DNA from: Alteraurantiacibacter sp.
GTDB lineage: Bacteria > Pseudomonadota > Alphaproteobacteria > Sphingomonadales > Sphingomonadaceae
Direction: 5' to 3'
Length of the DNA: 64,000 bases
NCBI GenBank assembly: GCA_039927835.1
Contig: JBDSUF010000035.1
Span: forward strand, 83,453-147,452
The notes under the pieces were generated by a model, which had not been told where the DNA came from, made no database searches, and saw only the letters and a list, made by a program, of their open reading frames with translations. The position numbers were made by a program, and so were the translations under genes. Below are positions 8,838-20,300 of this stretch, one piece after another; position 1 is the stretch's first letter, and each line of letters opens with the position of its first letter.

Positions 8838-11800
8838 ATGATCAGGGCCGCACTGCACCACCTCACCAGCTACCGTTACGACAAGCCGATCCAGCTGGGT
8901 CCGCAAGTGGTGCGTCTGCGCCCCGCGCCGCACAGCCGCACGGCGATCCCCAACTATTCGCTGACCATCGAGCCGGCCAATCACTTCCTCAACTGGCAGC
9001 AGGATCCGCAGGGCAACTGGCTGGCGCGGATCGTGTTTCCGGAGAAGGTCGATCACTTCTCGATCGAAGTCGACCTGCTTGCCGATCTGGTGGTGATCAA
9101 CCCGTTCGACTTCTTCGTTGAGCCATCGGCCGAGGAAGTCCCGTTCGCCTATGATGCGGCGCTGGCGGTTGATCTGGCACCGTACTTCGCGCTCGAGCCG
9201 CAAGGCCCGCAGTTTGATGCACTGGTGGCTGAGTTCAGCAACTGGCGGGGACGCAGCATCGACTTCCTCGTCGCGCTCAATGCCGCGCTCGAACAGAAGA
9301 TCGGCTATGTCATCCGGCTGGAACCCGGCGTGCAGGCCCCCGAGGATACGCTGCGGCTGGGCACCGGATCGTGCCGGGACAGCGCGTGGCTGCAAGTGCA
9401 ATTGCTGCGGCGGCTGGGTCTCGCGGCGCGGTTCGTCTCGGGTTACCTGATCCAGCTGGTCGCCGATGTTGAGCCGCGCGAAGGCCCCAAGGGTCCGCAG
9501 GCCGATTTCACCGATCTGCACGCCTGGACCGAGGTCTATCTGCCCGGCGCAGGGTGGGTCGGGCTCGATCCCACCAGCGGGTTGTTTGCGGGTGAAGGGC
9601 ACATCCCGCTGGCCGCCACGCCGCACTATCGCAGCGCCGCCCCAATCAGCGGCGTCGCTGAGCCGGCCTCGGTTGATTTCCACTTCGAGATGAGCGTCAC
9701 CCGCATTGCCGAGGCGGTGCGGATCACCAAGCCGTTCACGCCTGCCCGGTGGGAGGCGCTGCTGGCGCTGGGGAACAAGGTCGATGCCGATCTTGTGGCG
9801 CAGGACGTGCGCCTGACCACCGGCGGTGAGCCGACCTTCGTGGCCGAAACCGATGTCGAGGCACCCGAATGGAATGGTGAGGCGGTGGGCCCCACCAAGG
9901 CGCTCTATGCCGACAAGCTGATCCGCCGCCTGCGTCAGAAGTTCGCCCCCGGTGCGCTGCTCCATCACGGGCAGGGCAAGTGGTATCCGGGCGAGAGCCT
10001 GCCGCGCTGGGGCTATTCGCTGTTTTGGCGCAAGGATGGCGTGCCGGTGTGGCACGACGACAGCCTGATCGCGGGCGGCGTGCGGGCGGAGAGTGACCGG
10101 TCGTTCGATCCGGCGGGCACGGTTACCGCTGCCAGCGCGGAAACCTTTATCCACGAGGCGGCTGAAGCTTTCGGTCTGTCGGACGAGTTCATCCACCCGG
10201 TCTACGAGGATGCGGTCAGCTTCATCGTCAAGGAAGCCGAGCTGCCCGACAACACGTCGCCCGACGATCCCAAGCTGGACAACCCGGAGGAGCGTGACCG
10301 GATCATGCGCACCTTCCAGCGCGGGCTGTCGCAGCCGATCGGCTATGTCCTGCCGATCCAGCGGTGGAACAGCAAGGCTTCGGCCATGCCGCGCTGGAAG
10401 AGCGAGCAATGGAAAGTGCGGCGCGGGGCGCTGTTCGCGGTGCCGGGCGATTCCGCCTTGGGCTATCGCCTGCCGCTCGGCTCGCTGCCCTATGTGCCGC
10501 CGTCGGACTATCCGTACATCCACCCACGTGACACCGCCGAACCGCGCGGGGCCTTGGCCGATTTCCGCAGCCAATCGGTCGAGCGTGAGAGCCAGTCGCG
10601 CGAGGCGCTCACGCCTGAACGAGACTTGGCGGACCAGCGCCACGAGACTGTCACCCCCGCCGATGGCGCGCAGCAGGAGCGGGTGGAGCAGCAGATCATC
10701 GAAGGCGCAGTGCGCACGGCCTTGGCGATCGAACCGCGCGGCGATCACCTCAGCGTGTTTATTCCGCCGGTCGAAGCGCTCGACGACTACCTCGAACTGG
10801 TCGCCGAGATCGAGCGCGTGGCCGAACGGCTGCGGCTGCCAGTGCGCATCGAGGGTTATCCGCCACCACCCGATCCGCGGCTGATGGTGATGAAAGTTAC
10901 CCCCGATCCCGGCGTGATCGAGGTCAATGTTCAGCCCGCCGCCAGCTGGGCCGAAGCGGTCGAGATCACCGAGGTATTGTACGACGAGGCGCGCGACATC
11001 GGGCTGACGGCGGACAAGTTCATGGTCGATGGCCGCTCCATCGGCACCGGCGGCGGCAACCACCTGGTGCTGGGCGGGCCAAGCCTGACCGACAGCCCGT
11101 TCATCCGCCGTCCGGACCTGCTCAAGAGCTTCGTCCTCCATTGGCAGCGCCATCCGTCGCTCAGTTACCTGTTTTCGGGCATGTTCATCGGTCCGACCAG
11201 TCAGGCTCCGCGCATCGATGAAGCGCGCCACGATGCCATCTTCGAGCTGGAGATTGCGCTGGCGCAAGTCCCACCGCCAGGCGCGCCGCAGCCCGGACCG
11301 TGGGTGGTTGATCGCCTGTTCCGCAACCTGCTGGTCGATGTCACCGGCAATACCCATCGCACTGAAATCTGCATCGACAAGCTGTTCTCCCCCGATGGCC
11401 CCACAGGCAGGCTTGGGCTGGTCGAGTTCCGCGGGTTCGAGATGCCGCCAGACGCGCAGATGTCGCTCGCCCAACAACTGCTGCTGCGCGCGCTGACCGC
11501 GTGGTTCTGGCGCGAGCCGCAGGACGGCAAGCTGGTCCGCTGGGGCACCGCGCTGCACGACCGGTTCCTGCTGCCACACTTCGTCTGGGCCGATTTCCTC
11601 GACGTGCTCGATGGCCTGCGCGGCGCGGGCTATGACTTCGACCCCTTGTGGTTCGAGGCCCAGCGCCAGTTCCGCTTCCCCGTCCACGGCGAGGTGGAAG
11701 CGGGCGGCGTGACGCTGGAACTGAGCCACGCGCTCGAGCCGTGGAACGTGCTGGGCGAAACCGGCGCGATCGGCGGCACCGTCCGCTATGTCGACAGTTC

Positions 11801-12227
11801 GACCGAGCGCTTGCAAGTGCTGGCCAAGGGGCTGGTCCCCGGACGCCATGTGATCGCCTGCAACGGCCGCCGCGTGCCGATGCATCCCACCGGAACGCAA
11901 GGCGAAGGCGTGGGCGGGGTGCGCTACAAAGCGTGGGCGCCGGCCAATTGCCTGCACCCGATGATGCCCGCCCATGCGCCGCTGACCTTCGACGTGCTCG
12001 ACACCTGGAACAACCGCTCTGTGGGCGGATGCGTCTACCATGTGGCACATCCGGGCGGCCGCTCGTATGACGATGTTCCGGTCAATGGCTATGAGGCCGA
12101 ATCGCGCCGCCGGGCACGGTTCCAGCCGCATGGCCACACGCCGGGCACCCTGGTGATGCCGGGGCACGAAGAGGGGGGCGAATTTCCGATGACACTCGAT
12201 CTGCGTCGCCCGCCGGGCCTTGCCTGA
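8838..12227 (+). CDS. Transglutaminase-like protein fused to DUF2126 putative amidoligase
   Basis: Bacterial transglutaminase N-domain ([10 protein letters not shown]), triad GSCRD / LHAWTEVY / LDPT, then [20 protein letters not shown] and EFRGFEMPP amidoligase-like motifs. True start MIRAAL at 8838; the 2003-aa track ORF is an artefact. Confidence 0.88.
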   Translation: MIRAALHHLTSYRYDKPIQLGPQVVRLRPAPHSRTAIPNYSLTIEPANHFLNWQQDPQGNWLARIVFPEKVDHFSIEVDLLADLVVINPFDFFVEPSAEEVPFAYDAALAVDLAPYFALEPQGPQFDALVAEFSNWRGRSIDFLVALNAALEQKIGYVIRLEPGVQAPEDTLRLGTGSCRDSAWLQVQLLRRLGLAARFVSGYLIQLVADVEPREGPKGPQADFTDLHAWTEVYLPGAGWVGLDPTSGLFAGEGHIPLAATPHYRSAAPISGVAEPASVDFHFEMSVTRIAEAVRITKPFTPARWEALLALGNKVDADLVAQDVRLTTGGEPTFVAETDVEAPEWNGEAVGPTKALYADKLIRRLRQKFAPGALLHHGQGKWYPGESLPRWGYSLFWRKDGVPVWHDDSLIAGGVRAESDRSFDPAGTVTAASAETFIHEAAEAFGLSDEFIHPVYEDAVSFIVKEAELPDNTSPDDPKLDNPEERDRIMRTFQRGLSQPIGYVLPIQRWNSKASAMPRWKSEQWKVRRGALFAVPGDSALGYRLPLGSLPYVPPSDYPYIHPRDTAEPRGALADFRSQSVERESQSREALTPERDLADQRHETVTPADGAQQERVEQQIIEGAVRTALAIEPRGDHLSVFIPPVEALDDYLELVAEIERVAERLRLPVRIEGYPPPPDPRLMVMKVTPDPGVIEVNVQPAASWAEAVEITEVLYDEARDIGLTADKFMVDGRSIGTGGGNHLVLGGPSLTDSPFIRRPDLLKSFVLHWQRHPSLSYLFSGMFIGPTSQAPRIDEARHDAIFELEIALAQVPPPGAPQPGPWVVDRLFRNLLVDVTGNTHRTEICIDKLFSPDGPTGRLGLVEFRGFEMPPDAQMSLAQQLLLRALTAWFWREPQDGKLVRWGTALHDRFLLPHFVWADFLDVLDGLRGAGYDFDPLWFEAQRQFRFPVHGEVEAGGVTLELSHALEPWNVLGETGAIGGTVRYVDSSTERLQVLAKGLVPGRHVIACNGRRVPMHPTGTQGEGVGGVRYKAWAPANCLHPMMPAHAPLTFDVLDTWNNRSVGGCVYHVAHPGGRSYDDVPVNGYEAESRRRARFQPHGHTPGTLVMPGHEEGGEFPMTLDLRRPPGLA

Positions 12228-12236
12228 CCGCTCGCG

Positions 12237-14732
12237 ATGACGGGCGAGCAGCGCATGGCCAATATCCCTTCCGCGGCCACCGATCCGCTCAGCAGCTATG
12301 GCGTGCCCGACGCCAGCGCCGATCTCTATGCCTCGGCCCCGGCCAATGTGGCGCAGCAATGGCAGCGCATGGCCGCTGGGCTGGGCGAGTTGTCGTCTGG
12401 TACTGGTGATGGCATTCACCACCGCCTGCAGCGGGAGACCGCCGACCTTGGGATGACTTTCCGGCTGGCGGGCGAGCAGGATGAACGGCCCTGGCCGGTC
12501 AGCCCCATGCCGCTATTGATCGGGACGCAGGAGTGGGCTGGCCTGACGCGCGGGCTGGTCCAGCGGGCTGACTTGCTGGAACGGGTGATCGCCGATCTGT
12601 ACGGCCCGCAGACGCTGGTCAGGGACGGCCACCTGCCGGCTGCCGTGGTCGCGGGCAGCCCCTATTACGCGCGAAAAATGCACGGCGTGACCCCACCCAA
12701 GGGTCGTTACCTGCAATTCTACGCGGTCGATCTGGCGCGCGGTCCTGGCGGCGAATGGCGCGTGCTGGCCGATCGGCTGCGGCTGCCCACCGGGATTGGT
12801 TATGCGCTGGAGAACCGGCTGGCCATGTCGCGCACCACGGGGTCGCTGCTGTCGGAAATCAACGCCCGGCGGCTGGCGGGCTTCTTTGCCGATCTGCGCA
12901 AGGGCATCGCCGCCAGTTGCACCCGCTCCACCCCGCGCATTGCGCTGCTGACGCCAGGGTCGTTCAACCAGAGCTATACCGAACAGGCCCACCTGGCGCG
13001 CTATTTGGGCTTCCCGCTGGTCGAGGGGCGCGACCTGGCGGTGAGCAACGGGCGGCTCTACGTGCGCACCATCGCCGGGTTGAAGCGGATCGACGGCGTG
13101 TGGCGCTGGATCGGCACCGAAATGCTCGATCCGCTGGCTTTCAACGCCCAGTCGCGCATCGGCGTGCCCGACATGTTCGATGCATGGTCTGGCGGTGAGC
13201 TGGCCGTGGCCAACTGGCCGGGCGTGGCGGTGGCGCAGGCGCGGGCCTTCTCCGCCTTCCTGCCGCGACTGGCGACAACGCTGCTCGGGACAAGCCTGAT
13301 TCTGCCCAACATGGCGACCTGGTGGTGCGGGCAGGCGACCGAGCGGGCAATCGTCGAACGGCGGCTCGACGAACTGGTGGTCAGTTCCGCCTTCGGCACG
13401 CCGGTCGCCGGGCTGGAAGGCGGGCGCACCCGCGCCGGGGCCAGCCTTTCGGCCGAGGAAAAGGCCCGGCTGCTGGACGACATGGCGATGCGCCCGTTCG
13501 ACTATGTTGGGCAGGAGATCGTGCACCTGTCGACCACGCCCGCGCTGGTCGGCGGCGCCTTCGTGCCGCGCCCGTTCACCTTGCGCGCTTTCGTGGCGCG
13601 CAACGGGGCTGGCGAGTGGGTGGTCATGCCCGGCGGTTTCGCCCGCCTGTCGGGCGACGGCGACCTGCGCACCTCGCTGATCGGCGAGGGCGATTTTTCG
13701 GCCGACCTGTGCATCGTCGATGACGTGGCAGTCGAACAGGTGGCCTTGCTGGGTCCCGATACCGCGCCAACAATCCGCCGCAGCGGCGGCATCCTGTCCA
13801 GCCAGGCGGCCGACAACCTGTTCTGGTTCAGCCGCTATAGCGAGCGGGCCGAGATTACCGTGCGGATCATCCGCAGCCTGCTGGGCAGTTCGATCGAAGT
13901 CGATGGCTACAGCCGGCTTGGCCACGACAGTCGCCAGCGGCTGGTCGACCTGCTGGTGCGCTGGGGCGTGGTGCCCGCAACCGACGCGCGGTCGCCGTTG
14001 CCGCAGCTGGGCAGCCGCGCCTTTCGCGAACAGACGCTGGGCGGCGGGGTCGCCGCGCTGGTCAATTCGATCCGCAAGATCGGCCGCAGCCTGCGTGACC
14101 GGATGTCGGCCGATTTCTGGCGCGTGGCCAACCAGCCGATCCCGCGCCTCGATGGCGGCTCCGCGCAATCGGTGCTGTGGGCGGCCAATGTGATGATCGA
14201 CCGGTTCAGCATCCTGTCGGGCTTGGCGGCGGAGAACATGGGGCGCGGGCCGGCGTGGCATTTTTACGAGCTGGGCCGGCGGCTGGAGCGGGCTCTGGCG
14301 CTGTGCCGGATCACCCGCCACCTGACCGCACCCGGCTATGGCCCCGACGAACTGGGCCTGCTGCTCGACCTGTTCGACAGCCAGATCACCTATCGCAGCC
14401 GTTATCTGGTCGAGCCATTGCGCGGCCCTGTGGTCGACCTGCTGCTGCTCGATCCGGGCAATCCGCGCGGGCTGGTCTATCAGGTGGAACGCATGGCCGA
14501 ACACCTGGCAACGCTGCCGCGCCTGCACGATGACGGCGTGCCCGAGGAGCCATGGCGCCAGTTCAGCGCCATGCTCGCACGGCTGCGCGGGCTGGATGCG
14601 ACGAGCGCCGATGAACGCCAGATTCTCGAGATCGAGAACCGCCTGCTGCAGCTGTCGGAGGCGATTTCGCAGCGCTTCTTCCTGCAATACGAGCGGTCCG
14701 ATCCGCCGATCAGGGACACGCTGATCGCATGA
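12237..14732 (+). CDS. Circularly permuted ATP-grasp type 2 protein fused to alpha-E domain
   Basis: AVDLARGPGGEWRVLADR...GIGYALENR, PFTLRAF and VMPGGFAR motifs, then two alpha-E ER motifs (SRYSERAE, GRRLERA). Confidence 0.88.
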   Translation: MTGEQRMANIPSAATDPLSSYGVPDASADLYASAPANVAQQWQRMAAGLGELSSGTGDGIHHRLQRETADLGMTFRLAGEQDERPWPVSPMPLLIGTQEWAGLTRGLVQRADLLERVIADLYGPQTLVRDGHLPAAVVAGSPYYARKMHGVTPPKGRYLQFYAVDLARGPGGEWRVLADRLRLPTGIGYALENRLAMSRTTGSLLSEINARRLAGFFADLRKGIAASCTRSTPRIALLTPGSFNQSYTEQAHLARYLGFPLVEGRDLAVSNGRLYVRTIAGLKRIDGVWRWIGTEMLDPLAFNAQSRIGVPDMFDAWSGGELAVANWPGVAVAQARAFSAFLPRLATTLLGTSLILPNMATWWCGQATERAIVERRLDELVVSSAFGTPVAGLEGGRTRAGASLSAEEKARLLDDMAMRPFDYVGQEIVHLSTTPALVGGAFVPRPFTLRAFVARNGAGEWVVMPGGFARLSGDGDLRTSLIGEGDFSADLCIVDDVAVEQVALLGPDTAPTIRRSGGILSSQAADNLFWFSRYSERAEITVRIIRSLLGSSIEVDGYSRLGHDSRQRLVDLLVRWGVVPATDARSPLPQLGSRAFREQTLGGGVAALVNSIRKIGRSLRDRMSADFWRVANQPIPRLDGGSAQSVLWAANVMIDRFSILSGLAAENMGRGPAWHFYELGRRLERALALCRITRHLTAPGYGPDELGLLLDLFDSQITYRSRYLVEPLRGPVVDLLLLDPGNPRGLVYQVERMAEHLATLPRLHDDGVPEEPWRQFSAMLARLRGLDATSADERQILEIENRLLQLSEAISQRFFLQYERSDPPIRDTLIA

Positions 14733-15604
14733 AGTACCATGTGCGGCACGTCACGCAGGTCAAATACGAGGGCACGGTCAATCTGGCGCGCTTCAACCTG
14801 CGGCTGAAGCCGTCGCGCTGGCCGGGGCAGGTGCTGGGCGATTACCGGCTGGCGGTGACACCGCAGCCGCGGGTGATCGTTGAGGAGAGCGGGCCGTTCC
14901 TCGTCAATGTGGAGCGGTTGACGCTCGATCAGCCGACCGCCAGCCTGACCGTGACGAGCGAGTTCACGGTGACGGTGGAAGCGGCGGCGCTGCCGCTCGC
15001 CTATGTCGCGCCTGATCTGGCCGAGGTGAGGCAACAGGCGCTGGCCGATCGCGGGCTGGGTCCGGTCGATCCGGCGAGCTACCTGTTCGCATCGCCGATG
15101 GCGGGAATGGTCCCGGCGATTGACGATTGGGCGCGCGCGCGCCTGCCTGCCGGTGGCACGGTAATCGATGCGGCGGCGGCGCTGATGCACGCGATCCACG
15201 CGGAATTCGCCTATGATGGCAAGGCCACCAAGGCCGATACGCCGCCCGCGCAGGCTTTCGCCGCGCGGCGCGGGGTGTGCCAGGACTTCGCCCACATCAT
15301 GATCATCGCGCTGCGCCAGATCGGTGTGCCCGCGGCCTATGTCAGCGGTTACCTGCGGACCAATCCGCCTCCCGGCAAGGCGCGGCTGGTGGGCGCCGAT
15401 GCGACGCACGCTTGGGTCAACGTGTGGTGCGGGCGGGCGATCGGCTGGGTCGGGTTCGACCCGACCAATGCCATGATGGCGGGGACCGATCACATCTTCA
15501 CCGCCATGGGGCGCGATTTCGCCGATGTCTCGCCGCTCGACGGGGTGTTTATCGGGCCGGCGGGCCAGCGGATGACAGTGTCGGTGCAAGTGACGCCGCT
15601 TTAG
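14729..15604 (+). CDS. Transglutaminase family protein
   Basis: YHVRHVTQVKY N-domain; triad GVCQDFAH / THAWV / FDPTN. ATGA coupling to the ATP-grasp gene. Confidence 0.9.
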   Translation: MKYHVRHVTQVKYEGTVNLARFNLRLKPSRWPGQVLGDYRLAVTPQPRVIVEESGPFLVNVERLTLDQPTASLTVTSEFTVTVEAAALPLAYVAPDLAEVRQQALADRGLGPVDPASYLFASPMAGMVPAIDDWARARLPAGGTVIDAAAALMHAIHAEFAYDGKATKADTPPAQAFAARRGVCQDFAHIMIIALRQIGVPAAYVSGYLRTNPPPGKARLVGADATHAWVNVWCGRAIGWVGFDPTNAMMAGTDHIFTAMGRDFADVSPLDGVFIGPAGQRMTVSVQVTPL

Positions 15605-17286
15605 AGGGCTGTCAGATCCGTCAGTCGTCCGCAGGCCGGGATCGTCGTGCCCTTGACAAGGTAGGCCTCCAGCGCGTCGAGATCGACCCCCGCCTCGCCC
15701 ACCGTGGGCCGCTGCACCAGGCTGGCGAACCCGTCACCACCGTTGGCGAGGAAGTTGTTGAACACGATCGTGTACCGCTCCGCCGGGTCGATCGGCGCAC
15801 CGTCCAGCACGATATCGACGATGCGCTGGCCGCGCGGCCGGTTGCGGTCATAGCTGTAGGCCAGCGTGGATGACGGAGCGAGCAGCGTCGAGCACGGCGT
15901 CGCCGGACCCTCGTTGCAGAACTGCTCCTCCAGCGCCAGCCGCAGCTCGGCGCCGTTCAGTTCGAGCACCTGCAACGTGTTGCCGAACGGCTGCATGGCG
16001 AAAATCTCGCCGTAGGTCATAGCCCCGTCGGCGGCGGCATCGAGGTTGGTGCGCACGCCGCTGGTGTTGATGAAGGCTATGTCCACCTCGTCCCCAAGCG
16101 CGGTGCGCGCTGCGGCGAGCTGCGCATCGGCCACCAGATTGGCGGCGGGTGTTTCCACACAGTCACCCTCGCTGCCCGTCGCCGGAGACAGCGTGCCGAC
16201 CGCGCGAGCGGCCACGGGACCGGCCGCGGCAACGTAGCGCTCGACCAGCGCGGCGACGTCGGCGCGGGTGCCCAGCGTGCCGTTGACGGGCACGTTGATG
16301 GCGGCGATGTCGGTCACGCGGCGGGTGGTCTGGTCCCAGGTCAGGCGGATGTCGGTGACGAAGCTGCCGAACCGCCCGGCGCTCGACAAAAGGCGCGGGC
16401 TGCCGTCGGCGAGGTCCATGCGGCAGATGTACGACATGTGCGTATGACCCGAGACGACCAGGCTGATCGCTGGATCGAGCCGCTCGATGATCGGCAGGAT
16501 CGGGCCGTAAAGTCCCGGGCAGCCCGACAGGTTCTGCGACGGATCGACCCGGCCGCCTTCGTGGATCAGCAGGACCACGGTATCGGCCCCCTGCGCCGTC
16601 ACTTCGCGCGCTAGCCGATTGGCGGCATCGGCCTCGTCGGTGAAGCGATAGCCGCGCGTCATGGCGGGCGAAACGAGCGTCGCCGTGCCCGTCAGAGTGA
16701 GCCCGATGAAGCCGACCTTGAGCGGGCCGACCTGGCGCAGGCTGGCACCGGGAAACAGCGATGCTCCCCCGGCGTCGATCACGTTGCCGGCGAGGTAGGC
16801 AAAGCCGGCTCCGGTAAACGGTTCGAGCGCGCAAGGCTGGCGCAGCGTGTTCTGTTCGCAGCCGCCGTCCTGCAACCGGCGCAGTTCGGCGGTGCCACGG
16901 TCGAACTCGTGATTGCCCACCGAAGCGACCTGCAGCCCGGCTAGGTCGAGCGCGGCGATCGAAGGCTCGTCGAGGAAGTTGGCCGAGGCGAACGGCGAGG
17001 CTCCGATCAGGTCGCCCGCCGCCACCGTAACGGTGGCGTCCTGCCCCCGCCGCAAGGCGTCGAGCGTGGCCGCGAGCCGCGCCGCGCCGCCCAGTGCCTC
17101 GCGGACCACCTCGTCACCCCGGCGATAGCTGGTGGTTGAGCCCGGCGTTTCGAGGTTTCCGTGGAAATCGTTGAGCGCTAGCACCTGGACTTCGACCGGA
17201 CCCGAGGCGGTGGGCGCGGGAACGGTGGCGCAGCCGGCCAGCAAACTGGCGAGCATGGTGGCTATAACGGGGCGCGGGGCAGGCAT
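15601..17286 (-). CDS. Lipoprotein bifunctional metallophosphatase/5'-nucleotidase
   Basis: Lipobox LLAGC; NDFHG, GDLIG, GNHEFD, IHEG and GHTH motifs; 5'-nucleotidase C-domain (NTSGVR, QPFGN). Confidence 0.9.
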   Translation of the reverse strand: MPAPRPVIATMLASLLAGCATVPAPTASGPVEVQVLALNDFHGNLETPGSTTSYRRGDEVVREALGGAARLAATLDALRRGQDATVTVAAGDLIGASPFASANFLDEPSIAALDLAGLQVASVGNHEFDRGTAELRRLQDGGCEQNTLRQPCALEPFTGAGFAYLAGNVIDAGGASLFPGASLRQVGPLKVGFIGLTLTGTATLVSPAMTRGYRFTDEADAANRLAREVTAQGADTVVLLIHEGGRVDPSQNLSGCPGLYGPILPIIERLDPAISLVVSGHTHMSYICRMDLADGSPRLLSSAGRFGSFVTDIRLTWDQTTRRVTDIAAINVPVNGTLGTRADVAALVERYVAAAGPVAARAVGTLSPATGSEGDCVETPAANLVADAQLAAARTALGDEVDIAFINTSGVRTNLDAAADGAMTYGEIFAMQPFGNTLQVLELNGAELRLALEEQFCNEGPATPCSTLLAPSSTLAYSYDRNRPRGQRIVDIVLDGAPIDPAERYTIVFNNFLANGGDGFASLVQRPTVGEAGVDLDALEAYLVKGTTIPACGRLTDLTAL

Positions 17287-17324
17287 CGGGCTTCCTCTCA
17301 GCGGCGTCAGGCTAGTCGATATGG

Positions 17325-17357
17325 AAAGGCCGCGGAAGTCTTGCGACGCCCGCGGCC
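17325..17357 (-). terminator. Probable weak intrinsic terminator after the Oar-type receptor
   Basis: GGCCGCGG/CCGCGGCC stem with inner GTC-GCAA-GAC hairpin, followed by TTT on the minus strand. Confidence 0.45.
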
Positions 17358-17382
17358 CTGCCGTCAGTCATGATGGACCGGA

Positions 17383-20300
17383 TCAGAACTCGTAACGGGC
17401 GCCGATCTGGATCCGCCACGCGGATGCGGACGTGTTGATCCGTTCCTGATCGTCGGGGTTGAAATCGGTGATGACATAGCGGCCTTGAGCATCGAAGTTG
17501 CCATCGACCAGGTCAACAATCTGACCGTCGCCAAAAACCCCGCGTGAGCGCTGCGTATTCCAGCTGCTGTCCAGGATGTTGAGCACATTGTCGACGTCGG
17601 CGAACAGCTCGATCCTGTCCTCCAGACCGAAGAAATGGCCCGGTCCCGGAACTTCCTGGCTGATCCGCAAGTCGAGATCGTAGACCCAGTCCTCGGTACA
17701 GGTGTTGCGGGCAACGGTGCGCCCTTCGTAACCGTCCGCACAACCCAGATCATCGAGGTAGGCGAGCAGGCTGCTGACGGCTGCCGCGTTGCTGTTTGGC
17801 GACAGGTTCGGATCGGTCGGCCCGGTGGGGATGTACAGCCGCGCGTTGTCACTGCCCGACGCGGTGTCCATGAAGATCGCCGTGCTGCTGCCGCCGTCGA
17901 ACGTCAGTGTGTACGGGCGTCCCGACTGGGCGCTGAAGAACAGGCCCAGCTGGGTGGCAAAATCTTCGTAAAAATCTTCGCGGAAGTTGATCGCCGCCGT
18001 GAAGCGATGACGAGTTTCGTAGTTCGAAGTGCCGACGTCGGGGTTGTTGCGATCGAACTCGCCCGATTCGTCAAAGCTGGATGTCGCGGTCGAGCTGTTG
18101 GCATTGCGGAAGTTGTTAGAATCGGTGAATGCGTAGCCGAAACTGACCGATGTGCCGCCCGTCTCGGTGAACAAACCGCTAGCGAAGCTCTTCGACAGGA
18201 TCAGCGAAACGATGTGGCTGTCGTAGCTCGGCCCGTTGGTGAGCTGGATTTCGTCATCGCGGCTGGTGCCGAAGCAGGCGGCGGTGACGTTGGTGTAACG
18301 CGGCGGGGTGCCGCCCGTGTCAACCAGCGTCGCGTCGCAACCCGCGCGGGTCGGATCAATCGCGCGGTAGATCGGACGGCCATCGACGGTGTAACCGCCC
18401 AGGCCGAGCCGTGGATCGACCACCTGTGAGAGGTCGACGAAGTTCAGCGGGTCGACGAAGTGGCTGTAGACATAGTCGAGGTTGAACCGCCAGCTATCGA
18501 AGAAGCCGCCGCCCACATCGAACGTCGTGTCGATGCCGAGGTTGGCGCGCCACACGGTCGGAACCTTGAAGTTCGGGTCGGTTGACTGGGTGTCGGCCAG
18601 TCCGGCTCCTGACTGAGTCCGCGCCGCTGCGATGACGCAGGCAGGCATGCCGGTGAAGGCGCTGCCCGTGACGACATCGAACTGGCCCTGAGCGTTGCGC
18701 AAGCCGTTGCACAGGCTGGCTGTGCTGGTGCCGACACCGGTTGAATAGCCGTTGTTGGAGAACGCATTCGAGAAATAGACAACCGGATCGCCACCCGAGA
18801 ACACGCCCAGGCCGCCCTTGAACACGGTGTTGCGCAGGAAGGCGCCGTCTTCAACCTCATAGGTCAGACCCAGCCGGGGCATGAAAATCGGGTCGAGATC
18901 ACTGAACGATACGGCATTCGAAAAGCCGTAGCGGGCGATGAAGTTGGGATTCTCACGCGGAGCGCTACCCCGGTACCACTGGGCCCGCAGGCCGGCGATC
19001 ACGCTGAGCCGGTCGGTCGCCTGCCATTCGTCCTGCGCGTACAGCGACCAGATGCGTCGCTCAAAGCGTGCCGCAGCGTCGTTGATGTCGCCACTGTCTG
19101 TAGCCGCAATCACCGCGCCGCCGTTGGCACCGCTGGCGAGATCGTCGGCCGTTCCGAACGGGTTCGGCGTGCCGGTCGACGACGCTACCAAGCCTTGCGA
19201 AAAATCACTGAGGTTACGGAAGAACAGTGTGCCGGTCGCGTTCTGGGCGAACAGGTTGTAGACTTCGAGGTCGTTCAACTCGGCTCCGATCTTGACCCGG
19301 TGGTCGCCGTTGTTCCAGTTCGCTTGAAACTTGTATTGGCCCAATTGGGTGTCGAGCTGGTTCGCCGAGCGCGACAGCCCCGGACCTGTCGAAAGCAGGC
19401 CGTTGACGTCGTCGGCATTGCCGGCAACGCCGTCGGCACCGGGGCCGCGCACGCCTACGACCAAGCGAACGGTTGGGCTATCCGACTGCGCTTCGCCGAA
19501 GCCGACCGGATCCTGCCGGTCACCCACTTCCGACCGGCTGACGCGGACTTCGGTTGAGAAATCCTCGGTCCATTCGGAAAACAGGCGACCAGAGTAGTAA
19601 TTGGAGAGAGTACCTTCAAGGCCGAAGCTGTTATAGCCTGTCAGCTCGTTGCTGCCGGTATCCGAGTAGACATTCTCTTCTTCCAAGCGCTGGTATGTCA
19701 ATTCAAGGCGATGGTTGTCGGTGATGTAGGCGTCGATGCGGCCAAAATAGCGGATGCTCGATTCCGGAAGCGAGGCCGGAAAGCCGCCGATATCCTGTCC
19801 GTAGACGTCGTTGGCGACCTGAGCGAACTGGTCGAACTGGGTTTGGCTGACGAAACGTGCTTCGCTTGGGAAGCCAGATCCCGCAGGCCCGAAGTCGTTG
19901 CTGTCGCCGAGGTCGGTTTGCTCATAGCCGAGGAAGAAAAACAGACGATCCTCTACGATCGGTCCGGAGAGCGTGGCGCCCCAGCGCTTCTCCTGGAACG
20001 GGGCCGGGGTGAAATCCTGCCCATCGACGGTGGAGCCCCGCAGGCTCTGATCGCGATATGTGAAGAAAGCGGAACCGTGGAAATCGTTGGCCCCGGATTT
20101 GGTCACGACGTTGACGAGACAGCCGGTGAAGTCGGAATACTCGACATCGAACGGCGCGAACTCGACCGACGTCTCGCGAATGACATCGAACGGCAGCGGC
20201 AGCGCGTTGCGGGCGGCGAACGGGGTGCCGTTGAGGCCGAAGCTGTCCGCCTGGGTGATGCCGTCAACGGTGAAGGTGTTGGTGCGGTCGTTGCCGCCGA

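Noticed and set aside
6216-12227. 2003-aa plus-strand ORF
   Set aside because: The first approximately 870 aa are the stop-free antisense of the TonB receptor; family-like sequence begins only at MIRAAL (8838).
8766-14687. Long antisense ORFs (1218 aa and 724 aa) over the ligase operon
   Set aside because: Shadow frames typical of high-GC coding DNA; no recognisable motifs.
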